DNA of 64,000 nt. It comes from Octopus vulgaris (lineage: Eukaryota). Position numbers and translations under genes: made by a program. The DNA lies in NCBI GenBank assembly GCA_951406725.2, contig OX597814.1:213280001-213344000 (forward strand), written 5' to 3'. Shown piece after piece: positions 1 to 14,395 of the stretch. The notes below the pieces were generated by a model. That model was given only the letters and a program-made list of their open reading frames with translations. It searched no databases and was not told the DNA's origin. Each line of letters opens with the position of its first letter. Positions within the stretch are counted from its first letter, which is position 1.

Positions 1-560
1 CTATTACTCATACCAATATTACGTCCGCTCGAATACATGCTAGAGGAGTTCTGTCTCATTGAAATTAACCCCAAATCTATTAAACAACACCAGAAAGTTT
101 CACATTTATAGTGACACTGTCTTAAAACGAAAACAGTATAACTAATATCCTGCCTATATATTTTCATTTCGTTTTTATTATCGTTGGAGCATTGGGCTAC
201 GTAACAACTGACATGCATAAAAACTTTAAAAAGCTTGGAATCTCCAAAACAGAACGGAGAAAACTGATTATCATCACCAAGTAAAATTGAATGTGAATTT
301 GAAGTTCAGATTAGTGTACGCGCGCGCGCGCACGCGTGTGTGTGGTGTGTGTGTGTGTGTGTGTGTGTGCGCGTATTTTCATATATGGGATAACGAGAAT
401 GTATGTATGTATTTATGTATGTTTATGAATGGCGTATGTATATTAGTATCTATGTATTTATGTATGTACTTCTACCGGTGTTTTTCAAATCACTTAACTA
501 GTCAAATCCCAGATGCTTATTTACTGAGATCTAATGCACATAATCGTCTCTTTCTCTCAC

Positions 561-634
<74 letters not shown>

Positions 635-635
635 T

Positions 636-885
636 GGAAGCGCGTAGCTTAGTGGTTAGGGTGTCAGCATCATGATCGCAAGATTGTGGTTTCCATTCCT
701 GGACCAGGCGACGCGTTGTGCTCTTGAGCAAAGCAATTCATTTCACGTTGTTGCAGTCCAGTCAGCTGGCAAACATGAGTAACACTGCGATGGACTGGCA
801 CCCCGCTCAGCTGAGGAACACATACGCCATAGAAACCGGGAAACCGGGCCCAGGAGCCTGACTAGTCTTTAAAAGGACGCATTTA
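636..885 (+). mobile_element. tRNA-derived SINE, type A head
   Basis: A-box-like tagcttagtggtta and degenerate B-box ggtttccattcc, then ttgtgctcttgagcaaagca body. Tail gatggactggc...gaaaccggg runs into simple repeat. Confidence 0.8.
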
Positions 886-887
886 TT

Positions 888-949
<62 letters not shown>

Positions 950-954
950 TATCA

Positions 955-1033
<79 letters not shown>

Positions 1034-1067
1034 CATCATCATCATCATCATTATTATTATTATTATT

Positions 1068-1102
<35 letters not shown>

Positions 1103-1161
1103 AATCATCATCATCATCATCATTATTATTATTATTATTATTATTATCATCATCATCATCA

Positions 1162-1195
<34 letters not shown>

Positions 1196-1271
1196 CATCA
1201 TCATCATCGTCATCATCATCATTATTATTATTATTATTATTATTATAATTATTATTATTAATATTATTATT

Positions 1272-1318
<47 letters not shown>

Positions 1319-1337
1319 TATTATTATTATTATTATT
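886..1337. repeat. Compound (ATT)n/(ATC)n trinucleotide microsatellite
   Basis: About 450 bp of alternating ATT and ATC blocks in one phase. Confidence 0.98.
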
Positions 1338-1878
1338 CATATATATATACATACATATACATACATGTGTGTGTGCGCGCGCATGTGTGTATGTGTGTGT
1401 AATACACATGCATGCACACATATGTACATAATCAAGCCATATGTATACTAACGTGTGACATGCACATCCACTACACGAGTGCCAGTTTGTCTCTACGCAC
1501 ACACATATAAGCACAATACACACTGATATGCATACATATGCATACATCGAGTTGTTCTTACAACCACAAACTCCAAGAGTTGTTTTCATCTAAACAAGGA
1601 TTAAAGGAGCCTAGTCACTTTATTTGTGTCCCGCTTGTATTCATCAAGGTAATAAAAAAACTTAAATTTCAAAGGGACATAATAACTACATATTTACAAT
1701 ACCACGTAGTTGCTTAGATCTCAGTAAATAAGCATCTGGGATTTGACTAGTTAAGTGATTTGAGAAACACCGGTAGAAGTACATACATAAATACATAGAT
1801 ACTAAAATACATACGCCATTCATAAACACGCATGTATACATACATACATTCTCGTTATCCCTTATATGAAAATACGCG

Positions 1879-1937
<59 letters not shown>

Positions 1938-3159
1938 ATACACACACACACGCATACACTAATCTGAACTTTGTTGCTAGACTGTTCGATTATCACATGC
2001 AGTTATGTAGGTAATTGGTTTATCTCCAACGAAATAAATTTAATTTTTGTTTCATGTCTAAGATTTAACTTCAGATGTCACCGTCATATAAATTGGGTTA
2101 GTCATTTTAAAAGTAGCTTTATTTGAATATAGGCCAAAGTGGATCTTTACTGCCTGGCCAAAGACCAACGCTATTTTTGTTCAGTTTCTTATAAATGACT
2201 TGTCTAAATCGATGTTACAAAGTAATCTATAGAAACCGTTTCTTTGGTAACTACAGAGAGTTGACATTGTAGCTACTATAATTAACTATTTTCAATTTAT
2301 TACTTCTTACTCATACAAATTAGAAATTACCCTTTCCAGTTTTTCCAATCATGGAAGAAACACGTCTCTAAATTTAGTCTCATGTCATGTTATAAGGATT
2401 GATGTTATGAAGTTCGCCTACTTCATAACATCTGCCAATTATGTGACTGTTAGTAATATGTTGTTGTCATATAATCTGCGTCTTCTTAGAATACTAGCTG
2501 CATATTCTATTTGTTTTGTTTTTGCCCGGAAATGATATTCAACTCACATAATATTAAAAGATACAACTTCTCGTTATCCTATATATGAAAATGTTAAACA
2601 CTATCTTTATGTACAAAATTTGTACAACATATCTACGAAAATAAAAGCAATAAAATACGAAAATATCAGTTAAGTAAATAAATAAGTCAACGACTTATAC
2701 AGGATACACATTTAGAAAATGACCGTTGAAATATCACATATACAAAAGAATTGCAATTCAGATGAATGACAATGTGATGTGTTCAGACCAAAACACTTAA
2801 TTTAGGTGTTGATAGTACTATGTGCCAAGCAATAACAAACATAATGAGATGATATTATTCAGCTCTGTAAAATCGTCGAGCACTTTTTTTAACTGCTTTC
2901 TATTTGTACAGCAGTTATTGGTCGCCACAGCAGAAATTCTGTATCTTGTATATCACATTATTATACACAAAATACTACGTCCGCATCAATTGTCTCTGCC
3001 CATTAGATATAAAAGCACGATTTCATGAGTACATAAATATATGTTAATATCTATATGTACTTTGGCTAGACTGCATATATTGTTATCGGCACTTAAAATA
3101 CGGCGAGCTTGCGGAATCGTTATCACGGAGCACGTCGGATGAAATGCTTTGCGGCATTT

Positions 3160-3581
3160 CTTACATATTTAGAAATAGCAGTCAAAACCGCTATAAAGCC
3201 ATTTTTATCACTCATATTATTTCTCTTCACGATAAAAGCTGTCTGCGGGTGACATGACAAATAGAATCAACAACTGGTTAATTCTCTATTGCAATTTCGA
3301 CGTTAGGGATCTATTAAAGGACCAATTCGTCTCGTCGGGGGACTATTCCTATAGATAGAAATCAATACAAGACCGGCAAGAGAATATTCCCCTGACGAGA
3401 CGAATGGATCCCTTAATAGGTCCCTAACGTCGAAATTGTAATATGGAATTAACCAGTTATTTTTAAGTTGTGAATTCTGTTTGTCATGTTAGCTGCAGAC
3501 AGCTTTTATCGTGAAGAGAAATTATACGAGTGATAGCAATGGCATTTTAGCAGTTTTGACTGCTATTTCTAAGCATGTAAG
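3160..3581. mobile_element. Fold-back/MITE-like hairpin, about 190-bp arms and 35-bp loop
   Basis: ttacatatttagaaatagcagtcaaaac... is reverse complementary to ...gttttgactgctatttctaagcatgtaa. It follows a truncated SINE head (3100-3160). Confidence 0.85.
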
Positions 3582-4544
3582 GGTTTAGAAATCCTCTTAG
3601 TTATAATTGTCACTTGCTCATAATTATTGTTCATAATTAAAAACATTCTTCTTCTATGTATTTTATAACGTTTGGCCATTGATATAGTCATAAATAAGTC
3701 TTAATTGTTTATAATACGTCTTCCGTAATGTATTATCACATTACTTTTTAATTATATATATATATATATTAGTTTCTGTTTGCTTAAATATTAGGTGCAT
3801 AGTCAGGTGTGCGAGATATCAGTAAGCACATGTGATGGACAGATGTGTATGATTGAAGAGTGTTGTCATTTGTATGAAGTGTAAATCTTGAAGCAAACGA
3901 TTAGGAAATGAAATGCTCTAATTGTATTGTTAGTAATTCAGAACCAATGTTTGTGATTCTTGTGGGTGAAGGATATTACTTTCATTGATATCGTAATAGT
4001 CGTCGTGCTTGAAATACAGCTAGTGAAATACAGCTGCAATGCATAATGAATTCTGAAAACAGTAAGATAAACTTGGGGTGTCTATTTTTCCCCTTATTTT
4101 TTCCTGAACAATCTCTAACCCAGCCTCTAAGACATTCGATATCCGATTGCACTAAAAATAGTGCAATTTTGATATCCGAAATATTGTTTGTGCTCAATTT
4201 CGTAGAAAGGTATTCTATATACTATGAATAAAGTAGATTATTCATGAGTGCTACTGAATACATATCTGATGCAATTTGTTGCATGATATGGTATTTGGCA
4301 GCTAAATCAGCTCCCTCACCAGGCCGGTCCGATTGCTTGAATTCTAGCTGAACAAAAATATATTTGAAAGTGATGGATGAATTGAGTGTAGCTTTAATGA
4401 TTCTCTAGCAGTAGCGTGATTACCAAGACATTCTGATTTAGTGTCAGGTGTGCTATAAATACACTTACCTTTTGTTAGAGCATGTCTCCAGGGGAAGGCA
4501 TTGCATTGCCCACACGTACACCGGTAGTATAATTGGTAGTATAT

Positions 4545-4779
4545 AAGGCGGCGAGCTGGCAGAAACGTTAGCACGCCGGGCGAAATGCTTAGCGGTATTT
4601 CGTCTGCCACTACGTTCTGAGTTCAAATTCCGCCGAGGTCGACTTTGCCTTTCATCCTTTCGGGGTCGATTAAATAAGTACCAGTTACGCACTGGAGTCA
4701 ATATAATCGACTTAATGCGTTTGTCGGTCCTTGTTTGTCCCTTCTGTGTTTAGCCCCTTGTGGGTAGTAAAGAAATAGG
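4545..4779 (+). mobile_element. SINE type C (aaggcggcgagctggcagaa family), full length
   Basis: B-box gagttcaaattcc; central gcctttcatcctttcggggtcgat motif; flanking duplication ggtagtataattgg at 4523 and 4778. Confidence 0.9.
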
Positions 4780-7288
4780 TAGTATAATTGGGAGGGTAGC
4801 CAAGACTCAGCTGTTTTGAAAGTAGCCTGATAAGCAAACGGGCAAGTCTGGGCATAAACCTTCACTGACACTAAATGCTTCACAAAAGACGAAGGCTAAG
4901 GTAGGTAACCCGAGCAGCATATCCGATCATAGGAAAATTCGGGGCCGACTTATGTTATTCGAGCTCCACCTAGGAGAGCTTCATGAAGCTCTCCACACTC
5001 ATTCATGGAAATAAGAATATTCATTCATTCATTCATTAGTTCATTTGTTCGTTCCTTCGTTCATTCACTGATATTATGGCTTTTACTTTCACGTAGACGC
5101 TAAGAAAGTGAACTGACATCAACTAAGATACAAACAATTTCCCGGTGTCCATGAGTCATCAGATTGACACTTGCTCTACAACACTTACTACAAGTAATAA
5201 GAAAATTCTAATAACATCAAATGCATTTTTAGTTTGTTTATTTTTTTTAGGTTATTTTCAATAGACGGCAATGTTGTTGTCTTGAATTCATTTCTTCTCA
5301 TTGTACCGAGAATTAAAAGGGGTCACAAATAGTATGTTCGTGTTTATTGGTTCATACAGTTTTTTAATACATTGCAAGAGACACCTGACATAAAAGAAAA
5401 TCATATTGTCTTTTACGTTTCGTGTAGACTGTTTAGTAGTACTATGGGGAAATCTTATGAGAAATGTATGAAATATCTCTCTTGTATTTCTTTGTGACTA
5501 CGAGGGGAAATTTGTATAAAGTTTAAAACTAATGATTCTATACATCGGAAGTTGAGAATCTATAAACTGTTGCTTAATAAGTGCAAAGTTTATTTAGAAG
5601 TTTAATATATTTTGGTTTCTGTGGGTTGAGCACAAAAGGGTGGAGCCTAAGGTCATGTTTGGTAAGTAGCGTGTTCTTATAGATTAGCAACATTGTGCCT
5701 AGTGTTATGGGATCATATTTTCAACATTTAAGCATGTTCCGTAGACATCAAACGAATGAAGGCATTATTGGACTGCTCCATGCTGCCTCTAGATTTTTAA
5801 TCAATTTCAAGTATTTGATTGTTTCATTCATTTTAAATACCATATTCGAAGGAGCTGTCGGAAATAATGAATAAATACTCTTACAATCGACAATAAGTTA
5901 GACTCATATCTTACTCAGAGAAGAAACCTGCTGGCTTGGTACTATGAAAAGTAACGAAGAATCGGCGCATATGATTTTTTTTTTAATATTTGGGAGACGG
6001 GCCTTTTTGATACATATGCATATCATATCAGAAGTTACTGACACCGTATTGAGTTATTTGAGTCACGTTATTTTTTATACAGAGAGCCGATGAGTCTTGA
6101 AGACCCTCCGATAATGGTGAGATTCTTTTCATTAAGGTTGAGATTGGAGATGGAAAACTGACTATCGTAGGAAAACAAGGCTTAGCTGCAACGAGAGTGA
6201 CATTATATAGAGAAACGAATCTATTCTGAATACCTGGTTTATGAAATTACTAGACCAGCTAGATCCGAGGAGCAGCAGCCATTAAAATAGCAATAGAAAA
6301 AGCACAAAGAGAAGGCAGTACAACAGTGGGCCAGGAGCGATAGTGTGTCTGTTACTAATGAAAAGTCATTTTGCCGAGTGGTCCTTCTCTGGATGTGGAC
6401 TAGGATGTCAGTGTGCGGAGAATCAGCACGAGATGTGGAAGTAGTATTCTACTGACGGCATCTCATGAGTTTTTTAATGTGCCAGCAGTTGTTAGGTGTC
6501 GAAATATCTCGTCTGACCCGAAAGAGAATGGATAGTTTGAACTATATTAATGAAGCGTTTTTGCCAGGTGAACCTCTCGGTGATACTGAGAAGTATTCAG
6601 AGCGACTGTGAGGACTTCAGTTGAATGCCGCTCGTATTTAGAGGGACCGTAATGCGGTTTTGTTTCCGTGATATGAAGAGTGCGTGAGGTTTTTGGGTGG
6701 CGGGAGCTGTTCACGAAAACAAGGTTGTCATGGCCTGTGTTGAATCATTGATGGTTTGTTGTACAGTATCAAGGTTGCGTGTGAAAGACATATAGTTAGT
6801 GGATGTTAGGGAGGAATGAAGGGTCATCTATTCTAACACATGTGCGGGCGTTATTAAATGTAGTAGGAAATAAGTCCGTCATCAATAGAAGAAAGACAGT
6901 AGGGGGCAGAACCGGCTCTTGCGAAACATCAAGTTTGATTCAGCGTGTAACACATATCACAATCTTATAGGAAGGTATTGATTGAAGAGATAAAATATAG
7001 GTGAGACTAGCATACAGGAGGGTTTAAAGGGGAATTTACATACAAGACACGACAGAATCTTTTTCTGATGCTTACAACAAAAACATTGCTCTTACCGAAC
7101 ATCTTTAAAGCGAATGTCCACTTTGAGTGATACATGTTCCCGAAGGATTTGATTTTAACAATAAATATTTTAATATTACATCTAAAAGTATCAAGGTATA
7201 TACCATCATTTTCTGGAAATTTTCTATCAGTGACCAGGCATTTTGAATGTTTAGTGATTATTATCTTTTGATAATTCTGCTTACCATT

Positions 7289-7680
7289 GCGTTACTTAGC
7301 CCGTCGGTAACGCTCTCACGTGATTAGAGAAACAGAGAGAGAAAGAAAGGAGGGAGGGAGAAAAGGAGGGAGAGAGAGAAGCGTCCATGACGAGCTAGAG
7401 AGAATATAATTGTAAAGCTTTCACGTGATTAGTTGAAAGGAAAGAGAGGAGAAAGAAAAGGAGAGAGGAAAGAGGACAAGGTGAAGTGTGAGAGACAAAG
7501 CAGGAGAAAGAACAAGAGAGAGAGAAAACGTAGAAAGAAATGAGAGAGAGAAGCGTCTATGACGTGAGGTGTGGAACATGATAATGTTAACAGAAGGGTG
7601 ATGTTCTGATGGTGATGCTAAAGAAAACGTAGAGAGGGGTGAGAGAGAAAGAAAGGAAGAGAAAGAGGTCCCAATTTTTT
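7289..7680. repeat. GA-rich low-complexity repeat with duplicated modules
   Basis: tcacgtgattag and gagagagagaagcgtc.atgacg each occur twice. Confidence 0.6.
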
Positions 7681-9312
7681 AGATTGTTCTATGTAAAGTA
7701 ATATATGCTTTATGATTTGCAACCTTACAAATATAACTACTGAAATCTCGGCTACAGTTTCTCAATTTTTGCAAAATTTACTTCTTAGAAAAGATCGACT
7801 GGAATATCATTATTTTGCTTTATCCTCCTATAGGGATGATGTCCTTATAAGAGCAAACATTCATGATCTCATCGACTACAGAATGCTGTAAGAGACACAT
7901 AAATAGTTTCCTTTCTACACATAAATGCGATGACTTCATATACAGCTATACTGTTGCATACTCATACGTATCATTTTATGCATAAACACACACACACACA
8001 CACAAACACATACACAAATACGCATAAAAAGAGTGACAAAATACCTGAAATACTGTACAATAACAGGTTAAAATATAACCATAGTTCAAACTCTTTTTTT
8101 AAAATTCATTACAGGATCTGTGATATATAACGAATGTTATGTTAAAGGAAACTATTAATGGAAAGAGAAAAGCTATTTGCTATGGAGACGTGAATATTTA
8201 TCCAGGTAAACTATCCAGTTGTATCGCTGTCAATAGCAAATATTCCAACGATGATAAAATTTTAACCTATTAAACTGGAAATATAAACCCAAACTTTCAT
8301 TCTAATAATCACTGCGATTCTACGTTGCGTCATACACGGTCAGCAGGAATTGATGCCTAAGCACGAATGACCACTAAGAATACAAGGGTCATGAATATGT
8401 TTTTGAAATATTGCATGTCTTTTACAGTCACACTATCAATGTGAGCAAAACCAAATGGATACAAATTATCTAAGCAAGCTCTCGAGCTCTATAGAACGGT
8501 GTCGCCATCTTCATAATGGTAAAATAGGTATGAGAGGTGAATACAAAACACGAATATATAGAAGAGAACGTTGAAATTTTTCGATACGATATCAATAATG
8601 TAAATGAAGTTAATAGCGTCTACGTGAAAATCGAAAAGTGCCCATGTATTCGGCTTGACAGAATGTTTCCTATTGATCTATATTGCTAGACAACAGATCA
8701 TATTAATACACGCACACAAATCATTTCGTTCTCTCTTTCTCGCAACTGTCTCCTTCTGTCTTTCCGAAGGAAACATAAAATCCTATTTGAGAGGATATAT
8801 GAGAACGTTTGAATTATTTTTACAGGAAACATTAAGAGTACAAATAAATTGTCATTAAAATACCAAAACTCATGTCAACCTACTCAAAAAGAAGAATTTA
8901 TAAGTTTCTTTGATACCTATCTCAACAAATGTTGGTATCGATTTTCTGTTTTGGAAGACAAATCTAAGGTATTATTCGTAATTCGTACTAAATTATGTTT
9001 TCGGACTATTAACCCCCGCGTTAGTGAAATATATATTTTCTTAATATTTGCACCAACACTATATTTCAGTTGGTTTTATCTTAACATTTTTCACTGCTTA
9101 TTTTCGACTGTTCTGGATTCGAACTGGGAGAGTTATTTTTAAATTAAGGATAAACACACTATTACTTGCTTTGAGACTGTCTTATATAGACGTATTCATG
9201 TTCTATTCTTGGGTCATTTACATTTATCTTCCATTAAATACAGCCATATTGAGAGAATATCCTCACTGAAATAACTGATTGCGCTATTAACAAGCGTGGT
9301 ATGTACTGCTTT

Positions 9313-9730
9313 AAGGCGGTGAGCTGGCGGAAACGTTAGCGCGCCAGGTGAGATGCTTAGCGGTATTTCGTGTGCCGTTACGTTCTGAGTTCAAATTCCG
9401 CCGAGGTTGACTTTGCCTTTCATCCTTTCGAGGCCGATAAATTAAGTACCAGTTACGCACTGGGGTCGATGTAATCGACTTAATCCGTTTGTCTGTCCTT
9501 GTTTGTCCCTTCTATGTTTAGCCCCTTGTGGGTAGTAAAGAATAGGCATTTCGTCTGCCGCTACGTTCTGAGTTCAAATTCCGCCGAGGTCGACTTTGCC
9601 TTTCATTCTTTCGGGGTCGATAAATTAAGTACCAGTTACGCACTGGGTTTGATATAATTGACTTAATCCGTTTGTCTCTCCTTGTTCGTCCCCTCTGTGT
9701 TTAGCCCCTTGTGGGCAGTAAAGAAATAGG
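9313..9730 (+). mobile_element. SINE type C head-to-tail dimer (full plus 5'-truncated monomer)
   Basis: Monomers 9313-9547 and 9548-9730 within one 15-bp TSD ggtatgtactgcttt (9298, 9729). Confidence 0.92.
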
Positions 9731-10218
9731 TATGTACTGCTTTGAAGTTTTCAAAGTTCCTGCTCTTTTACTCAGTCAATTAGGGAAAATTCCTTCCATA
9801 GCGATAAATGATCCGTCTTATCACACTATATATGTTCATAAAATTCTCGATATTTTCCTCTCACTATGGCTCTTTAGTTTTCGGTTTTCTGAAGTTTGGA
9901 GACTTCCAGTTTCAACTTTACGAAATCTTCCGTAAATGCACGGGATACTACAGATAAAGACATACGCTCCACTCTTTCTTCATGCATTTAACTTTGGAAG
10001 CCTTATCGGAAATTCATGATGTAATTTTAAAGTACAGTTCTACAGTTGTGAGTTTCATATTTTATAAATATTGTCAGTAAAAATCCGTCTACAAGGTAGT
10101 TTGGCTTAACTTTTAATTTGCGTTTGAGAATTGTATTTTATATGATGGGATGTGTATTTGTTATTCATCTATGTAGCCTCATGTAACTTATTTCTACTCT
10201 CTCTAATCTGATATATCT

Positions 10219-10602
10219 GGAGGCGCAATGGCCCAGTGGTTAGGGCAGCGGACTCGCGGTCATGGGATTGCGGTTTCGATTCCCAGACCGGGCGTTGTAA
10301 GTGTTTATTGAGCGAAAACACCTAAAAGCTCCACGTGCTCCGGCAGGGGATGGTGGTGATCCCTGCTGTACTCTTTCACCACAAATTTCTCTCACTCTTA
10401 CTTCCTGTTTCTGTCGTACCTGTATTTCAAGGGGCCGGCCTTGTCACTCTCTGTGTCACGCTGAATATCCCCGAGAACTACGTTAAGAGTGCACGTGTCT
10501 GTGGAGTGCTCAGCCACTTACATGTTAATTTCACGAGCAGGCTGTTCCGTTGATTCGGATCAACCGGAACCCTCGTCGTCGTAACAGACGGAGTGCTTCC
10601 AC
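10219..10602 (+). mobile_element. tRNA-derived SINE type B (ggaggcgcaatggcccagtggttagggc)
   Basis: A/B boxes; TSD aatctgataYatc at 10205 and 10603; near-identical to the copy at 47514. Confidence 0.92.
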
Positions 10603-10843
10603 AATCTGATACATCATTGCAGATTGTTTTGTCTGATGTTTCTGAGAGAGAATCATTTAATGAAAAGTGTATTGACGGTAAAATTCCTAGATTAAATGAA
10701 ACGAATGATTGTTGACTTTAACACGGTGATTTTGTTGAAAAGTGCTTGCCTCATCTGCATCAGTATAACAAGGAAACTCAGTTGACACTTTTTTCTCCTC
10801 CCTAGAAAATACTAGATTAAAATACATAGTAAATCCATTTTAT

Positions 10844-11122
10844 CAGGCCTTGCCCTATTTAACATTGTCCCGAGGGAGATCAAAGAGGAAAAGGATCCCA
10901 TCAACTTTAAACGGAGTCTGGATAGATTCCTTCAAAGAATACCAGATAAGCCACCCATAATTGGATACAACTCACCCAACAAGAACTCACTACTTGAATG
11001 GACCATAAACAAAACTTGACTTAAACAGGATTCGAATAATTCTATCAGGTGGTGCTATTAAGTTAGACATGGCCTGGACCAATCTTTGGTCGAAACATAT
11101 CTAAGTTTATCTAAGTTTATCT
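10844..11122 (+). mobile_element. 5'-truncated 3' end of a CR1-like LINE
   Basis: Nearly identical to 31463-31740, including the (ctaagtttat)2 tail. Confidence 0.9.
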
Positions 11123-11415
11123 GAGAGAACGTACGAGTTACCAGAGAACGAATGATAATAGTAAATTCATGATCATACCTTCCACTTGTTTCTGAATGCC
11201 ACTGTGTGTTAGGGAGATGTTGAATTTAAGAACGACTAACTTTCATATCGAAACTAAAATTTATCAACTAAACTGTACTGAAAACAATAGGTCAGTTGAA
11301 GATTCCCAGTTTGAAACAAGCCCCGGTGCTCTATGCATATCGCAAAAAATATAGCGACAATGATTAGGAGAAAATAGATTGAAAAAGAGATTGAAATATA
11401 GTGTACTTGTAAATA

Positions 11416-11800
11416 TTGATTTCAAGTTTTAGTTCAAGGCTAGGAATTTGGGTGGAGGGAGGCAAGTCGACCACATCGATCTCAGTACTGAGCTGGTACT
11501 TATTTAATCGACGCTGAAGGAATGAAAGTTGAAGTCAACTGCAGCAGTATTTATACTCAGAACTTAAAAACGGACGAAACAACGCTTATCCATTTTAAAT
11601 TTTGGCACAAGGCCAGCAAGCTCAATGAAGGTAGCCAATCGATTACACCGACCTCAGTGCTCAAATGGTACTTATTTAATCGACGAAGACTAGATGAAAA
11701 AGCAATGTTGACTCCGTGGAATTTCATCTAAGAACATAAAGACGGACGAAATGCCGCTAAGCATTTTGTCCGGCGTACTAACGATTCTGCCAGCCCGCTG
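11416..11800 (-). mobile_element. Two adjacent degraded type C-related SINEs
   Basis: ggtacttatttaatcgac occurs twice; head gacgaaatgccgctaagcatt...gattctgccagc. Confidence 0.75.
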
Positions 11801-13089
11801 CTTTTGTACTTGTAAGCATTAAAATGTTTTGTCCCTATCGATGATAATAATAACAGTCAGAACAATTTTAATCTTGTAATTAATAAGCCATCTCAACCGT
11901 TTAGATATTAAATTGATGTTATGGCTCCTATTATTAACGTCCCCGTAGATAAATATCAAATATGACCTTCTTTTTGAATTGAAATCAGAGGAATAAAATA
12001 ACGCACTAGACTAGGTGATTAAAACTAATTTAGCAAAGCTACTATTTACATGACAAACAATAATAGTTGAGCGGAGATTTTCTGACTCTGTGTAACGCCT
12101 TGAGCTATTTTGGAAAGGGAATTGTAATAAGCTTGGGATTATGTCGTTTAAATATTTATCTTAATAAATGAATTACATATAAAAATATAATCTTAAACAA
12201 TAAAGCAAATTACATCGTTTATGTTACTCTTGTTGCTGATATGTTTTATTTTAGTTTCCAGTGTGCAGACTAACGGCTGTTGGAAAAAAAATAACCGATA
12301 ACCATCTCCTATAATAATTTTCTTTTTCTTTTTTTTTTTTATTATTGAATGTTGAGGGAGATGCTGCTGCTGCTGTTGGCATCGTTGAATTTTAAACTTC
12401 CATTTATTTTCTTTCTATTCGCAATGGCATCCATTTAATTTATATTTTATCCCAATGGCTGTAATGCAATGATTGCATCCGTGTTTTATTTAAAAATCGA
12501 GATATTTTTATGATAGTTTTTCTCTTTTATTCCTCTGTCATGTTTTTCATTTATACGGTGTTGTTCTAATGTTTTTATTTGTAAATATAAATATATGTTT
12601 CTGAGGAAGTATATGTGTGTGTGAGTTTATGAGTATGTATATGTCTATCTGTGAGTAAATGTGCGTCTCTGCTGAGTTAAAAATCATTTATCATTCTTAT
12701 AACACAATGTTCAAAATAAAACTGATTTGAATACTTTTTTTTCCTTAGAACAAAATATAGTTCGCACAATTTGAAAATATCTTTGCAACACTGAAACGGT
12801 ACAATCGACAGGACAAATTGCGATAGTAGAAATATATGTTCTTTTTTCCGCTTGATAGACTTTTTACAAGTCTAAAATCATACTTAGCCACACGTAAATA
12901 AATTTAAATGTCACAGATGTAGAATATTTTATCACATGCAACAAGAAAAAATAATAGATACTTTCAAGTTGGTCACGAACGAAATGACAATAGTTCTTTG
13001 TGTAGGTGGAAATATTTCCAGAGATGTGTGAATAGCTGTAAGTTCGAATACGTGGATGCATATCGGAATATAACTGCACCGATATGTGT

Positions 13090-13220
<131 letters not shown>

Positions 13221-13401
13221 AGGATAAGATCGTTGATTTAAATATCGATCTTACCAAGTGGCCAGCATGGGAATAAAAATCTTCAAAGGCCAAATCTGAC
13301 TCTAAAACCACATTACATGTGGTCTTAGAGTCAGGTATTGGCTGCTATTTCCAGCGTGGTGGCATCTGTTAGATACCCCAAATTATAATTATATATATAT
13401 A

Positions 13402-13450
<49 letters not shown>

Positions 13451-14395
13451 CTTTGTTTCTATGTCATTCACAAATATGTGATTTATGTACATGTTTATGT
13501 CAAGAATCTCAGATGATTTGCTGTTAGAATGTTTCTAATGTTTCATTTTATGAATAACGGACTGGATTTAGTTTGGTCTGAAGAGTCTGCTTTGGTCTTT
13601 CCATTATAAAATGTTACCAAATCGCCGACTTCTCCACAGACGTAGTGCTTACTAACTACCTTCATATGGGAGTACTGTATAATCAACGAGCGTTTTTTGA
13701 AGTGAAGTGGTTCTTGTCCATTAATAGAAATGCTTACATAGTGGGCCAATTTTATCTTGCACCCCACGAAAGTTGATTCAATACGTTTATATAGAGCAAG
13801 TTTAAATAAGAAATATCTGTGGCTAACTGTGAGTCGGTTGTATTCAAAATAAACCGATAGTATACAATAAACATAAAATATAATAAAATGCAGTAAACTA
13901 CGAGGAAGATACTACTTTTTGTGCCCAACAAGTAGAATTGAGACGCAATTTCAGTTCTCGTTTTAGCGCAGCTAATCTCTTTTTTGTAGTAAGTCGTTGT
14001 TTAGAAACAAGTTACTCATCATCCTACAGAACGACAATCAAATGCATTCAAGTCGAATTTAATTGTCCTTTTCCTATGCATAGTGATTCCAGAAGATAAT
14101 TACAAGGATTTGTAAAGAGATAATTGTAAGTTAATATTTGAAGATACTTGACGTTTACATACGACTAGAGTTACATATGATACTCTATACTCAAGGTGCA
14201 AAATGTCTAGGTTCTGCATTAATTTCTCGTATTCACATAGTGACTGTCGTAAAGTCCATAGAACAATATCCGTTCTGTTGTGTTTGCATTGAGTTGCTGT
14301 GTTTATTTCTAAAGGTGAGACAACACCTTCTTCTTATGTGAACGGTATGATTACCGTCCAAATACGCCGTACTTAAACTATTGTAAACTATTGAC

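Larger units (their letters stand above)
302..1971. repeat. Long inverted repeat: arms 302-534 and 1714-1971, about 1.18 kb spacer
   Basis: Arm 1 aagttcagattagtgta...agatgcttatttactgagatctaa is the reverse complement of arm 2, with few mismatches. ORFs 287+ and 1686- translate almost identically. Confidence 0.95.

Noticed and set aside
887-1589. 232-aa poly-N/D and 143-aa poly-M/I ORFs
   Set aside because: Translations of the (ATT)/(ATC) microsatellite; no splice or codon evidence
2401-2432. 13-bp stem hairpin gatgttatgaagt/acttcataacatc as terminator or miRNA
   Set aside because: Eukaryotic context and too short for a pre-miRNA
10219-10290. Possible tRNA genes at SINE heads (also 43291, 47514, 30430)
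   Set aside because: They continue into repeat bodies, mostly with TSDs, and I could not build a proper acceptor stem
13543-13767. 74-aa minus-strand ORF in complex sequence
   Set aside because: No recognisable motif or splice signals
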